64,000 nucleotides of DNA. Source: Patescibacteria group bacterium. Its GTDB lineage: Bacteria > Patescibacteriota > Patescibacteriia > Magasanikbacterales > JBBTQS01. The stretch spans positions 256,741 through 320,740 of the forward strand of contig JBBTQS010000001.1 in assembly GCA_038065555.1 (NCBI GenBank), given 5' to 3'. The position numbers and the translations under genes are program-made. The notes under the pieces are model-generated. The model was given only the letters and a program-made list of their open reading frames with translations, had not been told where the DNA came from and ran no database searches. How positions within the stretch are numbered: the stretch's first letter is position 1; each line of letters opens with the position of its first letter. This document shows positions 41,082-50,658 of the stretch, piece by piece.

Positions 41082-42293
41082 TTATTCTTGTACGTTTGGA
41101 GTCGTACTTGGAATCTGTATTGTACTGCTCACGGTAGTAGACGCAGCAGGAGTGATTTCGATACTCTTTGTGGTTACTGGTGTGAGTGGTACTGCTAATT
41201 TTGCAGCAGCATCCACGTCCATGGCAGCTTGTTGCACAATCTTTGCTTGCGCGGTTACCTCCATCGTCGCAGGTCCGAGCACTCGAATCTGCAGTGCCGC
41301 TGCTGCGACATTATCCTCTTCGAGCAATACCTTGGTCTTTGCTACAACTTCGCGCACTTCTTCGCTCTTGCGTTGTACCTGCATTGCAGGAGCAATCACC
41401 TTGGATTTCTCAGCTACCATGCTCGGCTGAAGTGGAGATGCTTGCACGGATTTCACTGCGCCATTCACGTCCTCTGTTGCACCTGCAACCTTTGATTCAA
41501 TTTCCAACAATTTCTTGTCTACAATTTGTCGTACTTCATCCTTTGAGATTGCATCGTTCCCTTTCGCAAGTGAATCTACATACACCTCAACAGTCTTCAC
41601 ACTCGTCACACCCACTGCAGCCTCTGCTGCAATGACAGCGTCTTTCACACTGTCGTCCCCTGCTACTTCTGCGAGTACTTTTGCTTGATCAATCTGCACG
41701 AGATAACGAGTTGCATGAACGTCCATGGATTTTGCAATATCTACCGCAGTAACTGAGTCAGAATTCTTGAGATGTTCGAGTGTTGCATTCACCTCGGTCA
41801 TGCTGTCCTTGAATCGCTGCACCGCTTCCATCGCTTTTTCTGGTTCTGCAATTACTTTTTGTGCTTCGTCGAGGCGTCGGGTTGCGTATTCAGCTTGCAG
41901 CTGTGTCTTGGCCGATGTTCCTTGCGTAGCGCCTACAACAGCAACTGTAGTGTTCTCAATACCAATCTTCACTGGATACCAGACATCTCCCGGCACACTA
42001 TTGAGCGAAGCAAATGCACCAGTCACCCACGATCCTGTTGCAATACCGAAGGCAACACCCATGAGCACAATTGGACGAACCACGGCATACACAGTGCGTG
42101 GTGGGATGAAAATAGACAACAAAAGCCACATGTTCGCAAAGGAGAACATGCGAACGCGTGGCGTGGAACCAGTATTAGACAACGTCGAGAGAAGATGCTC
42201 ACGCGTTGCATGCACAAACGCCGCACGTGGATTGATATTTCCACGAACGTCATTGAGCTGATGTAAGTTGTGGCGCAACTGTCGACGGGTCAT
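41082..42293 (-). CDS. Putative membrane-anchored anti-sigma factor (DUF5667-like)
   Basis: Directly after the ECF sigma; PRAAF..R..L N-terminus, TM, SVPGDVWYPVKIGIE..YATRRLDEA. Confidence 0.8.
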   Translation of the reverse strand: MTRRQLRHNLHQLNDVRGNINPRAAFVHATREHLLSTLSNTGSTPRVRMFSFANMWLLLSIFIPPRTVYAVVRPIVLMGVAFGIATGSWVTGAFASLNSVPGDVWYPVKIGIENTTVAVVGATQGTSAKTQLQAEYATRRLDEAQKVIAEPEKAMEAVQRFKDSMTEVNATLEHLKNSDSVTAVDIAKSMDVHATRYLVQIDQAKVLAEVAGDDSVKDAVIAAEAAVGVTSVKTVEVYVDSLAKGNDAISKDEVRQIVDKKLLEIESKVAGATEDVNGAVKSVQASPLQPSMVAEKSKVIAPAMQVQRKSEEVREVVAKTKVLLEEDNVAAAALQIRVLGPATMEVTAQAKIVQQAAMDVDAAAKLAVPLTPVTTKSIEITPAASTTVSSTIQIPSTTPNVQE

Positions 42294-42304
42294 ACGAGAA
42301 GTAC

Positions 42305-42877
42305 CTATTCAACTTTTAGAATTTTTCGTAATGCTTTCATTGCGCGGTGCGTGGTGACACGGACATCAACACTTGATTTGCCTAGGATCTCAGCAACCTC
42401 TGTTGCAGAGAGTCCATCGACATACCGGAAGAGAACGACTTCTCGATACTCTTCTTTGAGTTGTGCGATCGCGTCGAGCACCTGCTTGTGATCGTGCGCT
42501 GTCTCAATCTTCTTCACGCCTACTCCCTTGTCAGAGAGATGTGTGAGATGATCGTCAGGCAATTCGTCTTCATCCGGGAATCCTGTTACTTCATTGCGAC
42601 TTGCTCGCCGTCGATAGAGATCGATCACGAGGTTGCGCGCAATGCGGTAGATCACGGCCCGGAATGAGCGAACATCCGTGTGCTCAGTGATATAGTTCCA
42701 TGCTTTGAGGAACACATCTGCTGTGAGATCCTCTGCATCTTCGTGACTATTCACCTTGAAATACACGAACCGATAAATGGACGTCACATACGTGTCATAC
42801 AGCTGCGCATAGGCCTGAGGGTCTTTGCGTGTCTGTGCACGATAGAGCCAATATTTCTCTTTTATGGCGTCCTTCAT
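42305..42877 (-). CDS. ECF RNA polymerase sigma factor
   Basis: AEDLTADVFLKAW; IYRIARNLVIDLYR; region 4 GLSATEVAEILGKS..HRAMKALR. Confidence 0.95.
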   Translation of the reverse strand: MKDAIKEKYWLYRAQTRKDPQAYAQLYDTYVTSIYRFVYFKVNSHEDAEDLTADVFLKAWNYITEHTDVRSFRAVIYRIARNLVIDLYRRRASRNEVTGFPDEDELPDDHLTHLSDKGVGVKKIETAHDHKQVLDAIAQLKEEYREVVLFRYVDGLSATEVAEILGKSSVDVRVTTHRAMKALRKILKVE

Positions 42878-42885
42878 CTCAAGAT

Positions 42886-42911
42886 GACGTTAGCATTAGG
42901 AAAGTGTTACA
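42886..42911 (-). promoter_or_regulatory. Putative autoregulatory ECF promoter
   Basis: TGTAAC-N16-CGTC ending 8 nt before the sigma ATG. Confidence 0.6.
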
Positions 42912-42971
42912 CCTGTGCACAACTCGCCCTTCTAGGGCGTATGGTGCCGTAGTATAGCAAAATCAGTGGAT

Positions 42972-44195
42972 TTAGCCACTGATTTTGCTTGTTTGCGCTG
43001 AAATTGAATGTTTTTTCAGGTCCTGAACTGCCATTCCAGCAAGGGCTGTGTACCGTTTGCTCAGAGATTGAGCCAGGGTATCCCAGTCATATCGCAGGGC
43101 GATACGCTGGCGAGAATAGCTCGATCCCATCGCTACCCAGGCAGGATCAGTGACTGCGCGCATAATACGCTCAGCCAATACACCCTTGGCGCCAACAGGA
43201 TACTGCCACGAGAGATCTCCCATGGCTTCACGATGTGGAATAATGTCGCTTACAATCACTGGAACGCCGTACACCATCAACTCAAGCACACTCATCGGCA
43301 ATCCTTCTGCATGCGACGCGTGCACGCCTACGTAGGCGTTACGCATAAGTGCTGCAAGTGCAAGACCGCTCTGATAGCCTGTGAAGATGATATCTTCGTG
43401 ACCACGTGCGCGCTCGTGCAACTCTGCTACATATTTCTCTGTGTAGCTCCCATCCCCCACGATCACGAGCTGCATTCCCTGCATGCGCGGATCCAGAGAT
43501 AGACTCTTCGCAATGATGAATGCATCAATTGCTTCATGCACTGCTTTGTGCGCAATGAGACGTGTAACAACTACGATGTATTTCTTTGGTTCGATATTCC
43601 AAGGCGCAATGAGTGCACGTTCTACTGCTGGAACTGCTGGCCATGGCTGTGACGCACCATTAGGAAGGTATGTTGCTGTCTCGTTGTAGCTCTTCTTGAT
43701 GTACGTACGAATCATGTGTGAGCTGGCAAGCACTTCGTGTGCTGCCTTCACCGACACCCACTCACCCAAGTGCAACATCATCCGCGCAAACCATCCCCAC
43801 TTCGCATGCTCACGATCAATAGACTGAAAGCTCACGATGACCGTGGCACCAGGACGAAAGATTCGCGGAAGGAATGACAAGAGTGAAGGCCCAACTCCAT
43901 GGAAATGATACACATCGAACCCCTGCCACATCGCGTGGATTGTGGCGAAGAAGGTATGCGTGATGGCATCGAGATGCTTGGTGTGCATCGTTGGCACCAT
44001 CTGGAGACGCATCCCCTTGTACGTGCGCTTCTTGATGCGTGTATACCAGCTACGGCAATACACAGTGACGCTGTGGCCCATCTCAGCAAGACGAGACCCC
44101 AATTCATCCACCGAACGTTCAATACCGCCAAAAATCGCAGGCGCCCCTTTGGCCCCGATCATCGCGATCTTTAGTTGATTAACGGTATTTTTCAT
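42972..44195 (-). CDS. Glycosyltransferase family 4
   Basis: IGAKGAPAIFGGIE; EGLPMSVLELM. Confidence 0.9.
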   Translation of the reverse strand: MKNTVNQLKIAMIGAKGAPAIFGGIERSVDELGSRLAEMGHSVTVYCRSWYTRIKKRTYKGMRLQMVPTMHTKHLDAITHTFFATIHAMWQGFDVYHFHGVGPSLLSFLPRIFRPGATVIVSFQSIDREHAKWGWFARMMLHLGEWVSVKAAHEVLASSHMIRTYIKKSYNETATYLPNGASQPWPAVPAVERALIAPWNIEPKKYIVVVTRLIAHKAVHEAIDAFIIAKSLSLDPRMQGMQLVIVGDGSYTEKYVAELHERARGHEDIIFTGYQSGLALAALMRNAYVGVHASHAEGLPMSVLELMVYGVPVIVSDIIPHREAMGDLSWQYPVGAKGVLAERIMRAVTDPAWVAMGSSYSRQRIALRYDWDTLAQSLSKRYTALAGMAVQDLKKHSISAQTSKISG

Positions 44196-44329
44196 ATGGA
44201 AATAACCGCGATTTATACCATATGCAAACCGTTTTGTCAAGTCTACCTATTCCAAAAAGTGCTAAAATAAAACAAAAATGCCGCATAAACGGCTAAAATA
44301 AGCACTATAAATTGCCTGTGGATAAGTCC

Positions 44330-45505
44330 CTATTTTACAGCATTTTGTATTGCCTGCTGATAGGCCATGAGTAGACGTCCGTAGTGGACAACTGGGGCGT
44401 GGTAGAGCGTAACCCAGGCCCGAGCCTCATCCCCTATTGCCTGCACCTGGCGAGGCTTCAGTGCCTGCACGTGGGCAATGGCTGCTGCCCAGGCTTCTGG
44501 CGTACTCTCGTGCACCAGGAACCCCGTAACACCATGCTTGATCTGCTCTGGAATGCCACCTGCACGTGCAGCAATAACCATCTTGCCCATTGCCTGCGCC
44601 TCGAGCACTGCAAGTGGGTAATTCTCAGGCCACTGAGATGGCACAGCCACAATACTAGCCTGCGTCATCTCCTGACGCAGCGCATCCTTGCTCAGATGCC
44701 CCACGAAGATAACACGATCATCCAACGCATGCTCTCTCACCAACGACCGCAACGACGCTTCCAGTGGCCCGGTCCCAGCAATGACCAATCGACACGTCGG
44801 CACCAATGCCACTGCGCGAATCAACAACTCAACACCCTTCTCGTGTGACAATCGTCCCGCGTATAGCACACTCCCATCACCGCCTGGCGTGAAGGGAATC
44901 GCCGCGACATCAACGACATACGGGAACCGCACAAATCTCGCGCGTGGCCACCCAGCACGCACACAATACTCTTGCATGAATTTGCTCGGCGCATGAAACA
45001 GTGTCACACCACGCGCATAGGACCGCGCAATCTGGTGCACCACACGCTCCACCATTCCACCAACCTTCTCTGTGAAGGATCTCGGAATCACCAACGCGTA
45101 ATTCGCATCAACGAGTTTGTAATCATGCAACGTCATGAGCACAGGAATGTGATGCTTCACCAGTACATGCAATATCGCTGGAGTGAGATGATGATAAATA
45201 TTATGCACGTGCGCTACATCAAATGGTCCTTCCTCAGCAATGAGTTCATCGAGTTGACGCGCTGCCTGTGAGTTCCACACAACTCGTTTTGCCTTTTGCA
45301 CGGTATCCAAGAGCGTGCGATTCGCGCGCAGATCCAACTCATCTACAAAATATTTTTCGTATGGTGTAGGAAGATTGTGATCGCCCTTCATCGCAAAAGG
45401 CACCACGGTATGCCCGTAAGATTCCATGAGTGCATTCACGTCAAGGAAGTAGGTGCTGGCACCATCTCGATAGAAGTAATGCTTGTGTATTGCCAGAATC
45501 TTCAT
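44330..45505 (-). CDS. Glycosyltransferase family 4
   Basis: HVHNIYHHL; GRLSHEKG; ENYPLAVLEAQAMG. Confidence 0.92.
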   Translation of the reverse strand: MKILAIHKHYFYRDGASTYFLDVNALMESYGHTVVPFAMKGDHNLPTPYEKYFVDELDLRANRTLLDTVQKAKRVVWNSQAARQLDELIAEEGPFDVAHVHNIYHHLTPAILHVLVKHHIPVLMTLHDYKLVDANYALVIPRSFTEKVGGMVERVVHQIARSYARGVTLFHAPSKFMQEYCVRAGWPRARFVRFPYVVDVAAIPFTPGGDGSVLYAGRLSHEKGVELLIRAVALVPTCRLVIAGTGPLEASLRSLVREHALDDRVIFVGHLSKDALRQEMTQASIVAVPSQWPENYPLAVLEAQAMGKMVIAARAGGIPEQIKHGVTGFLVHESTPEAWAAAIAHVQALKPRQVQAIGDEARAWVTLYHAPVVHYGRLLMAYQQAIQNAVK

Positions 45506-46596
45506 ACGCGCTCACGTGCAAGTAATCGCAGATACAGCGTCTCATACTCTCGCACCATATCCTGAATCCGAAAATGCAACAACGCATAGGTACGCGCTGC
45601 ATCAGCATGTCGTCGCAAATGCACATGGTCTTCGCATGCAAATTCAATAGCAGCGGCAAGCTCGTTCACATCAGTACTATCAACAAGCGTACCCGTCTCA
45701 CCATCAATCACAATCTCTGCGATACCGCCCACACGACTTGCAATGACAGGACGCCCTGCAGTCATTGCTTCCATCACAACCAATCCCAACCCCTCCCAGC
45801 GGGAGGTCAACACAAAAACATCGTGTGTTGAGAACACTTCAGGGATATTGTCTGTCGTTCCGTAAAATTGTACTCGATCGTCGATTCCCAATGCTGCTGC
45901 CTGAGACTGCAATCGCGACAGCTCTGTCCCCGCTCCCACAATAGTCAATCGCCAATCACTACGCACGAGCGCGCACGCATTCAACAACAGATCAAATCCT
46001 TTTTGATGCTCGAGGCGACCAATACTCAAGAGACGCAGCGGCGTGCGCAAGAGCGGAGCAGGAATCTTCGCAAATCGGTCTACGTCAATTCGGTTGAGAA
46101 TCACACTGAGCTTCGATGGCGATACACCTTCTACACGTGTTGCATATTCAGCAACTGATGCAGAGACCGCGATAATGCGATCAGTGATACGCGAGAGTAC
46201 ACCCTTGATCCAATGCTTCCACTGCGGCTCGTCATACCACTGATTGTGCTCAGTAGAGAGAATGAGTGGCACACCAGCGAACCACGCAGCAACCTTGCCA
46301 TACGCGTCTGCACCAAAGAGATGTGTGTGCACAATCGCTGGTTTTTCTTTGCGCAACCACTTCGTGAGCCGCCACAAATACGCCAGACTCCAACGACCAT
46401 GTGCTGTCATAGGAACCACACGTACTCCATGAGATTGAATAACATCAACAAGTGGCCCAAGAGCAATCGTTGCAACCACAGTTAATTCAAATTTCGCGTG
46501 GTCATGATACCGCGCGATTTCTGCCAGCAGTCGTTCGGCTCCACCGAACTGCAGCGTCGGAATTAAATGAATGACTTTGATTCTCGGTACTTCCAT
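45502..46596 (-). CDS. Glycosyltransferase family 4
   Basis: GGAERLL; GRLEHQKG; SRWEGLGLVVMEAM. Confidence 0.92.
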   Translation of the reverse strand: MEVPRIKVIHLIPTLQFGGAERLLAEIARYHDHAKFELTVVATIALGPLVDVIQSHGVRVVPMTAHGRWSLAYLWRLTKWLRKEKPAIVHTHLFGADAYGKVAAWFAGVPLILSTEHNQWYDEPQWKHWIKGVLSRITDRIIAVSASVAEYATRVEGVSPSKLSVILNRIDVDRFAKIPAPLLRTPLRLLSIGRLEHQKGFDLLLNACALVRSDWRLTIVGAGTELSRLQSQAAALGIDDRVQFYGTTDNIPEVFSTHDVFVLTSRWEGLGLVVMEAMTAGRPVIASRVGGIAEIVIDGETGTLVDSTDVNELAAAIEFACEDHVHLRRHADAARTYALLHFRIQDMVREYETLYLRLLARERV

Positions 46597-48029
46597 ACCA
46601 CAACATGAGCGCCCACGAGCAACAACCCAATCGGCAACCACATTTTGCCGGAATAATACGACGTATTAAAAATCTGATACACAATCGCCCCCGATGCTGC
46701 GACAAAGAGCGCCACCACCAGCGGATACTCCGGAAGTGACCGTGCACGCATCACTCCCCGCCATCCATACAACATAAATATCGTGAGCATCAACACCCAG
46801 GTAATGAGTCCCAACAGTCCACTCTCAGCAATAATCTTCTGCAACATCCCGTGCGCATCGAGTGGATCACCATACTCGATCACATACACATGCGTATCTG
46901 CAACAATGGACAAGAATGTTCCCGGTCCCTGACCCAACAGCGGTCGATCGCGGAAATACTCCCAAGAAATTCGCGCCAAATCAATACGCGTGTCATTGCT
47001 CCCCGCCACCAGCGAGCTCGTACTAATCGCTATCATGTAGACGAGTATTGGCAACAAGAGCGCAAGCGCCAACCCGACCATCTGCCGGCGAAATCGCACG
47101 ACAGGAAGTCGACCAATAGAATCGCGCATGAGCCATAACGCAAGCAGGCATTCAACGAACAATACAATCCACGCACTGCGCGCGAACGTAAGTAACGTTG
47201 CAACCAGAATCAATGCATTCCCCACGAACAACCAACGACGCACATGCGGACGATCTTCCTGATGCAACAAATACGCACCAATAGGCAGAATAACCACGAG
47301 CACTTCAGCCAACAAATTATGGTTAGTTCCAAACGGCGTCCAACCAGCAAGTGCAAAAGGCGTCACACGAGTCCACCCACCTTGGGCCGCTCCTAGTATC
47401 AACGAAATCATCCCCATCACCGCGCCCCCAACTCCGACACCGTACATCCACCGCAGCACACGATCCAACGCCTCACGCGTTCGTACAATAGTGAACGGAA
47501 GGAGCACCCACATCAGATACATGAAGAGCATCGGTCGCAGTACGTATTTGACCCCAATCCCCAGCGCATCTTCACGCGTCGCAAATACCACCGACAACAA
47601 TTGTACAAACAAAAATAACCAGAACACCGCACTATGCGGCGCGAGTCGTGGCCGCTCCTCACGCCCAGGAATTCCCCACAGTGCGAGCAATCGCACGCTA
47701 TACGAAATCAACAACACTAATGCAAAGAAATCTGCAGCCGGTGCATCAATCGTATTGAGTATAGGAATATGTCGCGACCAATTGTACACACCGAAATTAA
47801 TCACCCACCCACTCATCGGCATGAGCGCCGCAAGCAAACACATCCCTGCGACAGGAAAAAAAGCCAGCGCAGTAATCACACCAGCGCCTACTAGGACAAT
47901 AAGAGGTAACCAACCTGGTATGATCGTTGCAAGTATTGCTGCCCCAACCAGTGCCACAAAAAAAACAAACATCGTACGACGTTCGACGAATGATTGCGTG
48001 ACGGAACGAGAGATGCGCAGCGCGTGCAT
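46563..48029 (-). CDS. O-antigen ligase/polymerase-like membrane protein
   Basis: Multiple TMs; LTFARSAW; PLLGQGPGTF; DAHG..AESGLLG. Confidence 0.85.
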   Translation of the reverse strand: MHALRISRSVTQSFVERRTMFVFFVALVGAAILATIIPGWLPLIVLVGAGVITALAFFPVAGMCLLAALMPMSGWVINFGVYNWSRHIPILNTIDAPAADFFALVLLISYSVRLLALWGIPGREERPRLAPHSAVFWLFLFVQLLSVVFATREDALGIGVKYVLRPMLFMYLMWVLLPFTIVRTREALDRVLRWMYGVGVGGAVMGMISLILGAAQGGWTRVTPFALAGWTPFGTNHNLLAEVLVVILPIGAYLLHQEDRPHVRRWLFVGNALILVATLLTFARSAWIVLFVECLLALWLMRDSIGRLPVVRFRRQMVGLALALLLPILVYMIAISTSSLVAGSNDTRIDLARISWEYFRDRPLLGQGPGTFLSIVADTHVYVIEYGDPLDAHGMLQKIIAESGLLGLITWVLMLTIFMLYGWRGVMRARSLPEYPLVVALFVAASGAIVYQIFNTSYYSGKMWLPIGLLLVGAHVVVWKYRESKSFI

Positions 48030-48139
48030 ATGCGTGCAGTATATCACAAACTAAACACCTCGAACCCAAAAACAAAAAAGAGACCTCAGTTGCTGAGAAT
48101 CTCTGCCGCTCCATCAACTACGCTCGTGTGCGTAGGATG

Positions 48140-48373
48140 TTAGTCGCCACCGCCTCCGTCGCCGCCAGAATCACCGCTGCCCCAGTCACCGTCTCCGCTG
48201 TCACCGCCACCAGATCCGCCGAACAGATTTCCGACGAAATCCAGGAAGCCGGAGAAGCCACCACGATCGTAGCGCGAAGGCGTGCGTACGAGGTAGGCCA
48301 GCACGATGATCACGAACAGAACCACGATAGCGATGACTACGATGCAGCCCTGAGTACCCAAGAACTCACACAT
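48140..48373 (-). CDS. Small single-TM protein with Gly/Asp-rich tail (SD-led cassette)
   Basis: AAGGAGG before ATG; promoter TTGAAC-N17-TACGCT at 48408-48436; tail GGSGGGDSGDGDWGSGDSGGDGGGGD. Confidence 0.7.
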   Translation of the reverse strand: MCEFLGTQGCIVVIAIVVLFVIIVLAYLVRTPSRYDRGGFSGFLDFVGNLFGGSGGGDSGDGDWGSGDSGGDGGGGD

Positions 48374-48585
48374 GCAGTTTCCTCCTTGGATTATACCTGC
48401 TATTGCGAGCGTACCACACAATATCGCGAGGTTCAAGATGTCTATAAATCGAAAAGCCGGAGAGCGTCATGGAGATGTTGAATCTGCATGCGCTCGCCGG
48501 CTTTCGGTCGGTTGCCTCATTGCTGAGGCAAGTTGTTCGCGCTATCGAGTGCGCGAGTATTCAATGATCGTCTTCCGAACCTCGA

Positions 48586-50268
48586 TTAGTTCGGTGGGGT
48601 GTAGGTGCACAGGTAGTTGAGCCCCTGCGAACCATTGGTCACTTCGACACAGTCGACCGAGCCCGTACCCGTGTTGGCCATGAGAACGTCCACGGATTGG
48701 ATACCGGGATTCTCCCACGGCGTCGGGAAGTAGAACTTCTGGAACGACGAGGCGGCGACCTTGTACTCGATGAAAAGGATGAAGTAGGTGATGTCGTTCC
48801 CGAAGACCGGGATCTCGAACTCCTTCCATCCTTCGATCAACAGCGGCGTCGTGCTGTTGATCCCCCAGTCCGTGTAGGTGCGATCTCCGCTACCGTACGG
48901 ATCCTCGAGGTCCTCGTAGTTCTCGCAGCTGAACTCGTTGATCGCCCACCCAGCCGCCTTCTTGGCCGGGTCGGTCTCGAGCTGCCCACTTGCGCAGGTA
49001 TAGCCGTTGACCTCGAGCGAGTAGATGTTCGCTGATGACTTCTTCGTGACCTGAACCGCGATTTCGACGAGGCTGAGCGGATTGGCCGGCGGCTCGGGAT
49101 CAGTTGCACACTGACCACCGATACTGCAGGCGCAAACCGGCACGTTGCTGCACTGACCGCTCACACAGGAGTCGGCCGTGCATGCCTTGTCGTCGTTGCA
49201 GTTCTTGGCGACTCCGACGCACGCGCCTCCGACGATGATCTCGTCGTTGACCGTACAGCTATCGAAATCGTTGCAGGCGTCGCCGACTTGCGGTCCGACC
49301 ACCACGCACTGCCCCGTTGACGCGGAACACTCTTTGCCGTCGGCGCACTGGACCGGCTCGTTGACACAGGTGCCGCTGACGCAACCGTCTTGCGTGCACT
49401 TGCTGTTATCGAGACACTCCTTCTGCACGCCGTGGCACTCGCCGTTCTGCTTGATCCGATCCGTGACCGTGCAGGGGTCATTGTCGTTACACGACTCGCC
49501 CGGCTGCGGCTCGACGACCGGCTCCTTGCAGACGCCAGACTCGCAGACGTCACCGTCCACGCACTTGGGCGAGGTCGCGCAACCGCTGTCACCCTCGCAG
49601 GTGTCGTTGGTACACGCATTGCCGTCGTCGCACACCTTTGCCACCGCGACGCACTTCTTGCCGTCGCAGGTGTTGTCAGTGCAGAGATCGCCGTCGTCGC
49701 ACAAGGCATTCTTCGCCGTGTGCGAACAGTTGCCGTCGACAATCGCGTCGACGGTGCACGGAACCTCGTCGTCGCAGTCCGGGACCACCACCACTTCGAC
49801 GCATTTGTCGGCGTCGTCGTCGCAGTAGTTACCGTCACCGCAGTCGCGCTCGAAGTGGAGGCAGTCGCCCGTCTCCGCTTCGCACTCGTCCGTGGTGCAG
49901 AACTTGCCGTCGGCGCACGTGCGGACTTCTCCGCCGTTGCACTCGAATTCACCGTCGGCATTCGCATGCCAGCAGGTGCCCTCGGTGCACGGCTTGCCGT
50001 CATCGCACGGGTCGCCTTCCTTCGGGCCGGACGAATCCGGCTCGACGGTGACGTCCTTGGGCGGGACGTAGGTGTCGGCGCTGTCGGTCGCGTCCGAACC
50101 ATCCGTCGTGTCGGGCGGGACGTACGTATCCGGCTGCCCGGCGTCGTACGGCTCCTGCCACGTGTCGGACGGCGGCGGGTTGTTGTACCCCACGTCGTAA
50201 CCATACGGAACAGCAGCCTGACACGCACCCATGAACATCGCCGCCAGTACCACCACCAACTTCTTCAT
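48586..50268 (-). CDS. Cys-rich repeat lipoprotein (myxobacterial/Dictyostelium CTxDxC-type repeats)
   Basis: Lipobox MKKLVVVLAAMFMGAC; D/T/P linker; about 12 C-x-D-x3-CT-type units; GGGAG before ATG. Confidence 0.85.
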   Translation of the reverse strand: MKKLVVVLAAMFMGACQAAVPYGYDVGYNNPPPSDTWQEPYDAGQPDTYVPPDTTDGSDATDSADTYVPPKDVTVEPDSSGPKEGDPCDDGKPCTEGTCWHANADGEFECNGGEVRTCADGKFCTTDECEAETGDCLHFERDCGDGNYCDDDADKCVEVVVVPDCDDEVPCTVDAIVDGNCSHTAKNALCDDGDLCTDNTCDGKKCVAVAKVCDDGNACTNDTCEGDSGCATSPKCVDGDVCESGVCKEPVVEPQPGESCNDNDPCTVTDRIKQNGECHGVQKECLDNSKCTQDGCVSGTCVNEPVQCADGKECSASTGQCVVVGPQVGDACNDFDSCTVNDEIIVGGACVGVAKNCNDDKACTADSCVSGQCSNVPVCACSIGGQCATDPEPPANPLSLVEIAVQVTKKSSANIYSLEVNGYTCASGQLETDPAKKAAGWAINEFSCENYEDLEDPYGSGDRTYTDWGINSTTPLLIEGWKEFEIPVFGNDITYFILFIEYKVAASSFQKFYFPTPWENPGIQSVDVLMANTGTGSVDCVEVTNGSQGLNYLCTYTPPN

Positions 50269-50486
50269 ATCTCTTCTCCCGGGCCACTTGGACCCTTGCT
50301 CAAGAAATCGCTTTCGAGGGCTGACACATGTCACCCCTCACCATCGCATTCAGTTTTCAAACGTCGATTTGGTAAGTCGCACATTGCTGTGACGTCTTCC
50401 AATCGTTCGGCTCAAGGCAACACACGAAGGAGGGTACGTGCGTTACCGAACCGAACGATTGCAAAACACCAGTAAATGAACAAGAA

Positions 50487-50515
50487 AGAATACCATATTT
50501 AGCTTAATTTGTCAA
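50487..50515 (-). promoter_or_regulatory. Sigma70 promoter for the Cys-rich gene (~210-nt leader)
   Basis: TTGACA-N17-TATTCT with TGG extension. Confidence 0.75.
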
Positions 50516-50658
50516 GGGGTAAAAGTGGCTAAAATAGCAAGAACCCGCAAAATCGTTTGACTTTGCGGGTTCAGGTTTTCCCTTTCAGGATCAATTGTGG
50601 GCATTCACTCGCACGTGAAAGGGGTCGTGCGGGGTGGTTTAATGTCGCCCTAGTGGAT

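Noticed and set aside
44196-44329. oriC
   Set aside because: Only one DnaA box, no dnaA neighbourhood and no visible skew switch.
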